A stretch of 64,000 nt of DNA from positions 71,362,001 to 71,426,000 of the forward strand of contig NC_042999.1 of NCBI RefSeq assembly GCF_006345805.1, in the 5' to 3' direction. A program made the translations under genes and the position numbers. The DNA is from Octopus sinensis. Taxonomy: Eukaryota. Positions 39,178 through 51,880 of the stretch are shown here, in pieces. How positions within the stretch are numbered: position 1 is the first letter of the stretch; every line of letters starts with the position of its first letter. The notes beneath the pieces are model-generated. The model was not told where the DNA came from. It worked only from the letters and a program-made list of their open reading frames with translations, and made no database searches.

Positions 39178-40142
39178 CGATCATGGTAGAACCATAATAA
39201 CAGGTGAAAGATAATAATAATATTAATAATAATAGTAATAATTATAATAATAATAATAAAGATGTATGTATAGTCTAAGTTAATGAACATGTAACAATGA
39301 AATTTAGTGGTCATGCTACTGCTTAATGTAGTTAACCTTAAAACAATATAACGCTATAAATGTTTTTTTCTTCCTTTTTTTAACCATCGTCGGCAGTTGT
39401 TGTTTGAACATGTTACAATAGTGTCAAATGTCTTGCTTGGCACATGCTATCTGTCGTTATACAAGCATGTTCTGCCACTACCAAACTTTGTGAACGAGCT
39501 TGCTAAGTTTAATGATATCTTTGAAATAGCAATGCGTTTAGCTTTTCTTCCATTTACAACCTCACTCTGCTATCGACCCTCGTTGTTTGACAGTTCACAG
39601 TCCCACCCACTTTACATTTCTTAAATGTTAGTAAGTCTGATTAGAAATTTCACTTGATGATTTGTTGATAATGAACATGTCTCTACGCGCTTGTATAACA
39701 TTACGCAATCGTATTGATGTTGTGTATATTGAATACCAGACTGTACTCTATTTACATCACAATATAGAGTCTTGGCGAAACAATTATCGCAATACTACTT
39801 AACCTATTCGCCTGTTATTATTCTGTTTTATTCCAATTTCAATGTTTCATTCATCGAGACAGGCGGGCCCTCCAGACTGGAATATATCTATTCCAGGGCA
39901 ACCTAGAACCCGGCCATATACTCCCTACGGAGTTATGTGGATTAACCACACGCACACACACACTTATAAATATATACGTATGTGTGTATGTGTGTAGGAG
40001 TGAGGGCATAAATAGTGGGCTTTACATATCTCTTTGTTTATGCATCTTAGACATATAGCTGTTTCTCATATGAATTGTGCGTTCATAGGCCCCTTTACTA
40101 ACTCGATTGAGCAACTTTAACAAAAATGTATTTTAGGTCGCC

Positions 40143-40211
<69 letters not shown>

Positions 40212-40213
<2 letters not shown>

Positions 40214-40618
40214 GACAGCGTCGTCTACGCTGGCTCGGTGATGTACATCGCATGCCAAACGGAGGATCCCTAAATACCTTCTGTATGGTGATTGGCCACC
40301 GGCACAAGAACATGCTAACGATCACATCTTCGTTTCAAGGATGTCTGCGTGGGAGATATGAAGTCGTTTGATATGGACGTCCTGAGATGGGAGGAGGTCG
40401 CAAATGATCACCCACGATGCAGACAAATACTGCGAAAGGGGATGAAGGGAGGGGAAAAAAAACAGGTACTCGTCACCGAGGAAATGCGTACCCGACGGAA
40501 GGAAAAACCAGTAGTGCTGGCAGAGAGCTTCTTCAAATGCAACCGCTGTATGCGTAACAGTCACTCCTGTGTGGGTATCTTCCTCTACAGCAGACGCTGC
40601 ACAACCATCAGTAGCTGA
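40212..40618 (+). mobile_element. RTE/BovB-like LINE 3' end
   Basis: RQRRLRWLGDVHRM...IPKYLLYG...LRFKDVC..DMK...WEEVAND...FKCNRCMR..HS.VG. Confidence 0.85.
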
Positions 40619-41106
40619 TGTGTGCGTGCGTGTGTGTGTGTGTATGTGTGTGTGTACGTGTGTACGCGTGTGATATATGTGTAAATGAGGTTTTTAAACC
40701 CACGGCATAAAATGCGTATTTTCGAATAAAGTTTTCTTACTTATAGCCTGACATTTAAGACTCAAGCAAAATTCAGTGAACCACTAATTGTTTTACAGAA
40801 ACCTGTAATGGTTGATGCTATAGTACGAACAGTGCAACAACATACATCAAAATATCAATACGCGAATAAATATTGCATTATATTAATTAAAGACTGTATT
40901 TTTGACTTCTTTGTTGAAAATTACATATTTCTGGTGTTTTATGAGATTTCGTGTTGAATTAATTTTCTCCATGTCAGCCATGAAAGCTATATATCTTTGT
41001 CTTTATTAGTCTTATCAATAGAAGTATGATAGTTTGCAAAATAATGAGGGCCGCTCATCTTCAAGGACCATATGATTTTACTGAACGCATAGTTGTGTAT
41101 TTATAG

Positions 41107-41149
41107 GAAAGCAGCAAATTTGAAGTTGTGACATGTATGCCTCTTCAGT
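41107..41149 (+). CDS. Candidate 43-nt internal exon of an unidentified gene (ESSKFEVVTCMPLQ)
   Basis: Acceptor ttgtgtatttatag| and donor |gtgagt; only frame 0 is open, and it ends in phase 1. Confidence 0.3.
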
Positions 41150-42008
41150 GTGAGTTTAGTAAAACACGTTTTCATACTTAAATTGAAAACATGTTAAGAT
41201 TTGATGTAGTAGGATGTTTATGACTTTTTGTTATGTCTTTACTCGAAGCTCCTTTAAAGCCAAAGAGAGAATGTACCTAACTTACTCTCCTCCAGAATAT
41301 ACTCGTTTCGGATTCGGCAGAGGAATGAAAGGTTAACTCTACGGGATTTGAACTCAGGATATAGTGCGACGAAGTTAAGAGTCCAGCAGTATGCTGCTAC
41401 TACATCTCCATCCCCTTCTGAGCACCATGCTGCGAACAAGATTATATTGCAACCCGTATTTGAAAGACAGGTCTCTTGCCTATATGCAAACCGATCTCTT
41501 TGATGGTTATTCTGTTATGCTCTCAATATATGTACGCGAAAACAGGAAACAAAGGAAACATACAGAGGCAAATAAATTAAAAACGAATAACCACAATTGT
41601 TAAAAGAACAATGGAATCCATGCCAATAGTTCTGATTTAAATATCATATGCGAACACGTAAATTCATAATTGAGAGCAGGAATTCAGAGGCAGGCAATCC
41701 TCTTTTTTTTGTTTGAAAAAATAGTAACTTATAAGAGTTTAATTTCATTTACTGAATGAAGGAATCCAATTAATTATAAGCCTTAAATATCAATGTTTTT
41801 TTATAGGATAAGATATGTTTTGGGGATTTAGTAAATTTTGCAACTACATTGGTTGACGCGTTGATAGTTAATTGAAATACTACATATCCGCCATACGTAA
41901 GTACAGCTATTTCATTAATATTATATTTGACAGTGAGAGAAAATTAACTAGAGAAAATATCTTTACGAGCGACGACTCATCTATTTTAATTAGATTCTAA
42001 CTAAACAG

Positions 42009-42091
42009 ATGGAGATCAAGATTCACTAGATAGTCCTGAGTACGTCGTGTTACCAACACACTCGACCACCACTGGTCCGATAAATACTTGA
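42009..42091 (+). CDS. Candidate last coding exon of an unidentified gene (GDQDSLDSPEYVVLPTHSTTTGPINT*)
   Basis: Acceptor ttctaactaaacag| with an adjacent CTAAC; a phase-1 start is compatible with the 41107 exon; about 2 kb of TE-poor AT-rich DNA follows. Confidence 0.35.
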
Positions 42092-42328
42092 ACATGACAG
42101 TTTTTCATTTATACTCTACTATAGTTCAACAGCTTCATTAACTTTAATTATGAAATGTGGTAGCCAATTACAAAAAAATAAATAAATAAATTCAATTCCA
42201 TTTTCAACTCGAATCCACTCGCCTTAGTGATCTTAATGCCCACAGAAAAGAGTTATCTACACTGTCACTCAATAACCGATATATCATTTCAAAGTCAGTC
42301 ACACTCATTCTTCTTTCTCTCTCTCTCT

Positions 42329-42368
<40 letters not shown>

Positions 42369-44194
42369 TATATATATTATATATATATATATACATATAC
42401 TGACATACTAGATGTCAGAATTCTGGACAGTTTCTTCCATAATTGTTTTTTTTTATGTTGGTTTATAACAAACATCGTTCTTCATCTAAAGTGGCACAAC
42501 TTTTAAATTTAGACTCACTAAACTGAGTTGCCTTTTGATTTAATATTCTCTTGATTGCTGGTTGCTGGAATGAAGTTATTCCCGTCGGCCAAAAATAATA
42601 CTGTGCTCCATTACAGTATTGTAGGATTTAGAGTTCAGAATAATTTCATAGGAGAAGAAATATAATTGGTGATATGTTAATTGATGCATAGAAAATATTA
42701 TCATTAATTAAAACAATATTGTTAGGTATCAAGTTAATTTAATATTTTATGAACTTTTCCAAAAACATGAACGTAAAATTAAATAAAGTTACACACACAC
42801 ACAACCTGTACCGTTTTCTTCTTCTTTGCTTGTTATACTAACAAAACACCACATCTTAATTTGAAATTCATTAATGATTTGTTTTCGTTCACTAACCACT
42901 GCAAGATCGCTGAATTTAAATTCAAAAATTTGAAATTTTTCAGTGTTTTAAACGAGAAAATGAATACAAATAAAAGCCTTTTAAAATATTAATGTTAGTC
43001 AAAACATGTATGTACATACATGTATGAAATAATTTTATGGGAATATGTGTACAGACACACACACAAACCCACACGCACGTACACATACACACACACACAT
43101 CATTTATTCAGTATGTAATGTTTTCTTTGGGATATGTATGTCTTTTTGTTGGGAGAATTCAAGCCGGTCACTAATAATGTGACTAAGTGCCCTTACGGTT
43201 AGACAGCTCATAGAGTTTATGGATATCTGGACCGGCTGATGTTTGGAGCTCTTTGTCAATGTGTGCATATTGCTATTAGTAAAATAATATGACTGCTACA
43301 CATGAATGGGTTACAAAGCAAAACACTAATATAATTAATATAATTGTTTTTCGTTAAATTATAGTACGTTTTGGGCAAGCATAGTTCAATTATGTTTATG
43401 CCTATTTCAAATATTTTTTTTATTATTATGTATTGGCATGATTCTTATTTAACCGTTTCTCCCATGTGGTATTTAAAAAAAAAACTATTGACATTAGTTG
43501 GTTTCCAGCACCCCAATAATAAATTTCACAATGCTTAAGTTACTCGTTGATAACAAGTACACCCATGCGAATTAGCGAAAAATCATATCAGACACAAGTT
43601 AATTTAGCTGGCAATGAAAATATGAAAACAGGCATTCATTCATCAGTCGATTCCAAACTAACATTTTTATAAAATTAAATCCGCATGAAAAAGTAATGAA
43701 TAGTTTTACATTCAAATTAAACAAAAAATAAACAAAAGAAATATACTTCAAATGTACTTCTGCACCTCGACTTCGATAATCTATATTTTCATTGAAAAAG
43801 TAATAATTTTTAAAAATATATTTGCCGCAATAATATCAGTTGTTTTTAAACAAGAATTAATGAAATGTGTTATTTAATTCGTCAGTAATTCCCTAAATTC
43901 CACAATTGCTTTATTCGAATCAAATTAAATATAAATTTCATTTTATGTTACAGTACTAGAAACTGGTAAAATCTTTAAATTAACTGATAAATTTTACATG
44001 AAGTTTATGGTAAACGCTTGGGAGTTTGAAAGGGTGTGCAATTAAGCGAATTATGCAATCACTCGATATTAAATTAAGCTGAATTCGCAACACACACACA
44101 TACGCACAAACGCTCTCGCACACACATACGCACACACACTCACACACATACATATACATATGTGTATGTGTGCGTGGATATATATATATGTATA

Positions 44195-44408
44195 TGGATA
44201 CTAAAAAGTTCCTGGCTTTGGGCAAAAGAAAATACAGGAGGATCACTTAATTATGATTTTATTGAACATGTTCCTCACTCGGATTCACACTCTTATTGTA
44301 GCGGTCTTTCAGTTTTTTCTAAACCCTGTAAAAGAACTCAGAAGGTTGGGTTTCCAGTCAGGCTTTTTTGATACCCTAAAGCCAGAAACTTTGATGCACT
44401 CACTCGTA
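44195..44408. mobile_element. mariner-type MITE
   Basis: Imperfect TIRs aaagttcctggctttggg / ccctaaagccagaaacttt; the right end reads ctcg|TA. Confidence 0.7.
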
Positions 44409-44569
44409 TGTCATAAAAGATCGTTCTATGATGACCTCAATAGTGTAATTAGATGAGTGCGATTTAGGGACATGCTAATCATCCGGGGATTTTATCAACT
44501 CTTCCTAAAACATGCGCATATGGACGTGAATTAAAAAAATATCCTCGATCGCTTACGGTGAGCTCTCAT

Positions 44570-44890
44570 CGATAGTAAGACTCCCTCGGGTGCCAGGAAT
44601 CATGGCTGTCCACTTCTGCATATGACAATAATCTAAAGTTTTGCTTGGAAACCTACATGATAAATCTGAAGTCATGGAAATTTGTAGCATTGAACAGATC
44701 CCAAAGGATAAGCTTGTGCTATGAAGCCGTCTCCAAATTTGAAGCAATCATAATCAACAGACGAAAGGAGGAAGGAGTGTACCCTAAGCTGAATCCAGAC
44801 CATATCCAGATAAGGATGACCATCACTGTAACAACAGCTGTAACAGGATCTGCAAATCCCAGATAGGTCTGAATTGCTTTATGAGATGAT
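44570..44890 (+). mobile_element. RTE-like LINE 3' end, decayed
   Basis: INLKSWKFVALNRS...EAVSKFEA, then C..CNRICKSQIGL, as in the RTE C-terminus. Confidence 0.6.
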
Positions 44891-45054
44891 ACGGCAAAAC
44901 ATCGGATGATGTTGCGCACAAGTGTCTTCTTGAACCCTTATTTGTCGATACAAGCAATATCTATCTAATCTATCTAATCTAACTAATTTGTCGATACAAG
45001 CAATATCTATCTAATCTATCTAATCTAATTAATCTATCTATCTATCTATCTATC

Positions 45055-45510
45055 ACTGCTAACGACGCTGAGGGACAGCCCCCGGGAACTGGGATGCGGG
45101 AGAGGCGTGTCTGCATACGCGGACGACGCCACGGTGATAGTGTCGAGCTACAGGCATATCGACCTGGTCAGCGAGACACCAAAAGAAATAGAAGCAGTAA
45201 AGGGAGCGGAAATTAGCTCAAAAAAAGTCAGTGGGCTTGCGGCTCGGCACCTGGACTGAGAGACCAGTTAAATTGCTCGGGGTCTGGTTCGGACCGGACC
45301 TCCAAATGGAGAAGAACTGGGACGAGATAACGTGTTGGGTGGCCACTCTCACCCAGCAATGGGCTGAGAGAAAGATATCCTTAAAAACTCCGGCAGAGGT
45401 GGCGAACACGTTCATCGCATCCGTCATCTATTACCGCCTGACCGTCGTGCCTTGTTCCGACCTAAACTTCACCAAACTGGAACACATACTCTTCCACTTT
45501 TTGTGGAAGG
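45055..45510 (+). mobile_element. Tx1/L1-clade LINE reverse transcriptase fragment
   Basis: GVSAYADDATVIVS...KKSVGLRLGTW...VKLLGVWFG...NWDEI...W..RKISL...FIASVIYY...FHFLWKG. Confidence 0.85.
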
Positions 45511-45524
45511 GAATCTATCTATCA

Positions 45525-45636
<112 letters not shown>

Positions 45637-45849
45637 GTGTGTATGCATGTATGCATATATGTATGTTTGTGCGTGTATTTGTGCGTGTGTGCCTGTGTAT
45701 GTCTATATGCATCTGCGTGCATTTATATATACATATATATCATATACACACACACGCACATATATATAAATGTATATTTATATGTATTTATGTATTTATA
45801 CATATAGATGTATACGTATACATACATAAATACACACATATATATATAT

Positions 45850-46440
45850 AGTAGTAACAGAAAAGAGGAATTTCGGTTGTCCCCACGTGGTGGGTTGTAA
45901 TGTATACAAGAAATTAAAAAAGGAAAATACGCACACTTACATGGTTTTAATATAATTTTTAATATATCGACCGGTTTCGCTATCGCTATTCATGATATAG
46001 TGTTTAATTCATATGGATATATATTTCTTTCTTAAGAAGAAATTTGGTCCACGTTGTGTGTGATGAAATTCACGAGTGAATGACTTCACAAGTAGACAAG
46101 TAAAGGGAGGTAATTGGTTGTTATTATTGTTATTGTTGTGTGTAAGGAGATAACTGTTTTGGTAATGGGTGGTGAATAAATATGTGTACAGAAAAGAGAC
46201 AGGTTTTAAAAAAAGACCTTGTTTAGGAGGGGATTTATGTACAGTGATGTAATATGTAAAAATATAAAAGTTGGTTATGCGTGCATATTAAGACGTGTTT
46301 TGTATTTTTCAATGAAAAAAGTTTCTTTATTTAAGCGTTCTAATTGAGAGATTGCGTCTTTGCACTGGTAGAAAGAGAAGACTGTAAAATTTGGTTTGAT
46401 GTTACCTGTACATTTTTTTGTGTTCACTGAAAAGAATTTG
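45850..46440 (-). mobile_element. Penelope-like element 3' end (GIY-YIG C-terminus + tail)
   Basis: NIKPNFTVFSFYQCKD...ERLNKETFFIEKYKTRLN* fits the GIY-YIG terminal R..KE..FI....P.LN motif; a 420-bp tail follows. Confidence 0.75.
45963..45999 (-). ncRNA. Putative minimal type I hammerhead ribozyme with A3-U8 core
   Basis: The minus strand reads TATATC ATGAATA GC-gata-GC GAAA CCGG TC GATATA: perfect 6-bp stem I, 2-bp stem II, palindromic ACCGGT stem III, GUC site. Confidence 0.6.
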
Positions 46441-47833
46441 TCTGTATACATATATATTGATAAAACATTTATATATACATTTATATACATCTACGTATAT
46501 GTGATTATATATGTGTATGTAATTGTGTATGCATATATCTGTATATATTGCATACATACGTATATAAACGTGTATAAATAGGTATACGTGTGTATAAATA
46601 TGTATATATATGTGAATATATACTAATATATATATATATAAATATATATTCGTATGCATATAGAAAAAGCAATAGTGGTAAATATGTTCATAAATATATT
46701 AATTCCATCGTTACAAGCGTCACATCGTTTATTATACTATATATATATATATATTGTGTGTGTGTGTGTGTGTGTGTATGTATATATGTACGTATATATG
46801 TATGTATAGGGATATAACATTAAACAAGATTACATGAAGTAATGAATTTTTATATGAGAAATAAAATTTAAGCCTTGTAGCAATTTATAGACACCGTAGA
46901 ATTCCATTGGATATGTGTAATGGAAATTCTCGTGTGGCTAAGTTCAGAATTTTTATATTCCCAAACATCTAATTAAACAGAATTTACGCAATACTAAAAA
47001 TGTTGTTGAGCGATTTGAAGTCATCATGCGGTCTGATAGTCAACAGTAGATAAACTAAGGATATCAGATGCAAAGATTAATCATAAAGTCACCTATTTTT
47101 GAATTAATCTTGGTAATTATATAATTAACTATATTTAACGTCTTTACATAGTGTGATGAAAATACATATACACATACACACACACACAAATATATATCCT
47201 CTGGTAATTATATGTATTTATATACGATTACGACCATGTGTATGTGTGTATATATATATGTGTTTATATAGTTGGAATTTACAAAAAACAAACAAAATAA
47301 AGGACAAGACTGGTGTGTAAACAACAAACAGATGTATTAGTTTAACGCTCGGGAATTGAGAAAGTCTTTAACGTTTCGAACCTACGCTCTTCAATAAAAA
47401 GAACACAGAAATAAGCAGATAGAGAAAATAAAAAATGGTTTGAGGCTAGCGATCAATCATGGCGAATGCCGGACAGAGGTTGTCGGACAGGAGAGCTAGG
47501 AAGAAAGCAAGATAAAAATGGAGGGCTGGGCAAAAAGGAAGGTGCGCGTGCATTTGTATGTGAGAGTGTGTATGTACGTGTGGATAGGATCTGGTGACCT
47601 TGACGTCGGCGTGTGTGCATGTGTAGAAGTGTGGATGATGGAAAGTTGTCAGTGCTACTGTGTGCCGGGCGGTGGGATGTGGTGTGGTGTGTTGTCGTGG
47701 TGTATGGTGTGGTGGTATGCGTTGTGTGGTGGTTTTGGGGTGTGGGGGAGGTGAATGTAGGGGAAGCAGGGGTGAGTATGGGTTGGTGTGTGGGGTGGGA
47801 ATGTATAGGGGTGGGAATATGTAGGGGTGGGGT

Positions 47834-48136
47834 TGTTGTTTGTTCCTTCTCCAGCCATGCCTGGCTCATAAGGTCCGGTTTCCCGGTTTTATTGGCGTAG
47901 AGGTTCCCCACCTGGACGGGACGGCGGTCCGTCGCAGGTGAGCTGCTAGATGCAGGAGGAAACAGTGAGAGAAAGTTGTGGCGAAAGTGTCAACAGAAGT
48001 TCGCCGTTAACTTCTGGAGCCGTGTGAAGCTTAGGTGTTTCGCTCATAAACACACACATCACCCGGTCTGAGATTCGAACACGCAACCCCTCAACCGTGA
48101 GTCCGCTGCTTTAACCAATCGGCCATGTGCCTCCAC
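47834..48136 (-). mobile_element. tRNA-derived SINE, head C + tail 2 variant
   Basis: The head aligns to 23555; tail ggaaaccggaccttatgagccagg plus (AAC)n. Confidence 0.8.
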
Positions 48137-48376
48137 AAATAAATAAATGCGCTCTTTTTAAAACCTAGCCAGACTCATGGGCCCGGTTTCCCGGTTTCAA
48201 TGGCGTATGTGTTCCCCAGCTGGACGCCAGTCCATCGCAGCGTTACTCATTTTTGCCAACTGAGTGAAATGAAGTGTTTTGCTCAAGAACACAACGTGTC
48301 GCTCGGTCCAGGAATCGAAACCACAATCTAACGATCATGGTGCTGACTCCCTAACCACTAAGCCACGCGCCTCCAC
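48137..48376 (-). mobile_element. tRNA-derived SINE, head B + tail 2
   Basis: Head ggcgcgtggcttagtggttaggg as at 1862; tail gagtaacgctgcgatggactgg...gggcccatgag as at 23740. Confidence 0.85.
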
Positions 48377-49595
48377 AAGGGGAGGGGTAATGATGGAGAG
48401 TGTGACAATGAAGCGAGAGGGTGGAAGGGAGAAGGTAGGTAGGAGTGAAGAGAGGAAGTACGTGGCAGAGCAAGAGAGGAGAGGTGGATCGGACTGAAGG
48501 GAGGAAATAGATGTGAGAGGAAGACAGAAGAGAGGGGTTAGAGGAAGAGAGTTGAGCACATGTGTAGCAAAGGAGCGAAGAGAGAAGATTAATTCTTGTT
48601 CACGGCGAAGACGGGAGTCCGGATGGCCCCTATGCAAGGACAATCTGAACACAATCTTCCACTCGGGTCTCGAAATCGCAGCTCCAAATCACCACACAAA
48701 CACAATATGCTGACGTCACTCACCTCCAAGAAAAAATTCGTTGGTCGAATTTTATTTTTCTGTGATATTTATGTGTTTGCAACTTAGACTATAATTATTT
48801 CTAGCTGTTATTGCACCTATTTTTCAGCTGCATATCAGTTCTAAGAGAGAAGGGCTATTTTATAAAAGACACGCAATCGTATATGTAGGTACTTATTCAT
48901 CTATGTATATGTGTGTACATATTTACACACATACATGTAGTCATATATGAATATATATATATATGTGTGTATGTGTGTGTATTTGTTTGTGTGTGTGTGT
49001 ATGTATGTGTGTGTGTATGTGTATGTATGTGTGTGTGAGTGTCTACTGCGTGCGCATGTTTGCATGTTTGTGAAGCTGTGTATGTTCATAATTAATGAAT
49101 ACCAACTATGATCTCGACTTCCATTGCTGACACCCAAAACAAGTTATTGTATGTAGACAGCTGTTCTTTGTTATAGTGCTGGAGGTCAGTTCTGATAAAT
49201 CAGAGCTCCGTGTTTGTATGTCTACGATTGGGTTATGCGCGTGTGTGTCACAGTATGAAGATCATTTGTAAGAAAAGATAAGATTTACGTTTATAGTGTA
49301 ATATGTTCAGCTACTTGACTGAGCAAGGCATTAAATCATCGAGTAAAGTATTCCTTTCTCGTTTCTCTTCTTTATTCAGCTGGAGCGAGTACGAGTCGAG
49401 CGTTAGTGCAGCGACTTCTTTCTGTAATGGTCAAGATATTCAGCTATTTAATGTATGGGAGGGACAAGTGGGTGTCTACGGTCTCCTAGCGACTGCACAT
49501 GCACCTAATATTAGTAACAAGAGGATGGCACATGCTTCTTAGTCATCCACGTTTGCGACTGACCGTCAGAGTTATCTATGTATGCATATATATAT

Positions 49596-51075
49596 ATCGG
49601 CAATGACACCCCAGTCTCACGCCATTTCCACTCCACCGGTCATTCCTTGCAACACCTGTCTGTGTTCGGATTGTCCTTGCACAGAGGCCATCCGGACTCC
49701 CGTTTGCGCCATGAACAGGGATTAATCTTCTCTCTTCGCTTTTTACGCCATTTGGGCTCAACTCTCCTCCCCTTTTCATCTAACCTCCTCCCCGACTCCT
49801 ACTTCTCTTCACTCCTACATCTTTTCACCCCTACTCTCTTTCTCTCTTCTCCCTTACTCTCTTTCTCTCTTTCTCTCTGCTCCCTCACTCTCTTTCTCTC
49901 CTCTCTCCCCCTCCCTCCTCCTTCTTCCCATCCCTCCCTCCCTCCTCCGTCTTCCCGCCCAACTCTCCTCTCTTGCCCCAACTCCTACTTCTCTTCACTC
50001 CTACTTCACTTCACCCCCTACTCTCTTTCCCTCTTCTTTCTTACTCTCTTTCTCTCTTCTCTCCTACTCTCTCTCTTTCTCTCCCCCTCCTTCCCTCTTC
50101 CCTCATCCTCTCCCCCTCCCCTCCCCTCTTTCCCTCTTCCCTCTTACTCTCTTTCTCTCTTTCTCTCTTCTCTCTTTCTCTCATCTCTCTTACTCTCTTT
50201 CTCTGTTCTCTCCTACTCTCTCTCTTTCTCTCCCCTCCTTCCCTCTTCACTCATCCTCTCCTCCCCTCCTCTCTTTCCCTCTTCCCTCTTACTCTCTTTC
50301 TATCTTCTCTCTTTCTCTCATCTCTCTTACTCCCTTTCTCTCTTCTCTCCTACTCTTTCACCCTCTCTTTCTCTCTTCTCTCCTCCTCTCTCTCCTCAGA
50401 CACCCACCTTCCCCACATAAACCCACCCACCCCTACTCCACCATCCCTATCCTTCCCATCCCACTCCCATATTTCCAGCCTATCCCCCACCCCTACCCCA
50501 CATACCCCAACTCTAGCCCCACCCTCTGCCTACCCACAACCCCACTCTACCCCAACCCCCAGCCGAACCCACACCCCTCCCGTGCTTTCCCCACTCTCGC
50601 CTCCCCACCTCCTCACAACATCACACCACACCACACTACACCGTACAACATTACACATCACATCACTACACACCACCCACACACCCATCCCCACATCTTC
50701 ATACCTACACATACATACACACACACGTCCAGACCACCAGCCCTTTTTCACACGCACATACATACTCTCTTATACACACACGCACCTTTGTGTTGGGGCT
50801 CCTCTGTGTTGGGGTCATCTTTACCTTATTACCTCCCCTACTTTCCTTCTCCTGTCTGCCCCCTCTGTTTGGCACTAGTCGCCATGATAGATCGTTAGCC
50901 ACTACACACATTTTTTTCTCTCCTTGTTTTTTTCTGTGTACCTTTCTGTAGAAGAGCGTAGGCTCGAAACGTGAAAGACTTTTTCTATTCCTGAGCGTTA
51001 TACTAATACATCTATTTGTTTTGTACACCACCTGTCTTCGTCTTTTGTTTTTTTCGTAGACTTTCCCTATAGATA
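49596..51075 (+). mobile_element. Penelope-like element family 2, 3' end with expanded CT-rich minisatellite
   Basis: IGNDTPVSRHFHSTGHSLQHLSVFGLSLHRGHPDSRLRHEQGLIFSL (GIY-YIG C-terminus), a CT-rich tract at about 49770-50400, then the tail. Confidence 0.85.
50942..50977 (+). ncRNA. Hammerhead-like fold with non-canonical core (U at position 6); probably inactive in this copy
   Basis: CTTT CTGTAGA A GAGC-gtag-GCTC GAAA CGT G AAAG. The stems are intact, but A6 is replaced by U and the cleavage triplet is GUG. Confidence 0.35.
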
Positions 51076-51434
51076 TAGTGCGTGCATGTCTGTGTGGTGT
51101 CTATATATGTGATTGTGTGTGTGTGCATGTGCACACACAAACACACATATAGGTAAAAATTGACCCGTGTCTCGTCCAGCTTAACAGAACTTGTCAGGTT
51201 AAGTTTTCTTATTACTCTCTGCGGTACCTCAATTCTCATAAAGTTTCATTTGCTATGTGGAAACCACAAGTGGCAATGTTAGCTATATGTATATATTCAT
51301 GTATGCATATCAGCCTATCTTTACCGTTTTCAACCTATATCGCTTTCTGTCTCACTTAGTCACTCTCTCTTGATTCTCTCTTGTTCTCTCTCTCGCTTTC
51401 TCTTTCTCTATATATGTATTTATGTACAGACACA

Positions 51435-51472
<38 letters not shown>

Positions 51473-51839
51473 TATATCATTAATTAAATATTTTCTGTTA
51501 GAATATTATATAAATAAATAGATTGGTAGATAAAGTAATTAAAATACTTTTGATTATAAACATATTTTCACGACATATATTATACATTAAACGATTGATG
51601 AATTAGTTTTCTTAGAATTTGAACCTGTACACATTTAACCTACAATAAATAGACCTTTACAGATATAATAAAAAAAATTATAATTTAAAATTTAAATTGG
51701 TATCTTCCAGTTATACAAATAAAAATTTAATAGTAATACTTTTGACCACGAAAACCAACCTTCTACATCTCAAATATGGAATGCAGGATAAGGGACTGTT
51801 TACACAAAATTCTCATGGATTACTAAGATGAACTTAAGG

Positions 51840-51877
<38 letters not shown>

Positions 51878-51880
<3 letters not shown>

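Larger units (their letters stand above)
47296..48652 (-). mobile_element. Penelope-like element family 2, 3' end, interrupted by two SINEs
   Basis: VFRLSLHRGHPDSRLRREQELIFSLRSFA..LNS at 48650-48540; the tail at 47296-47830 aligns to 50420-51075. Confidence 0.8.
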
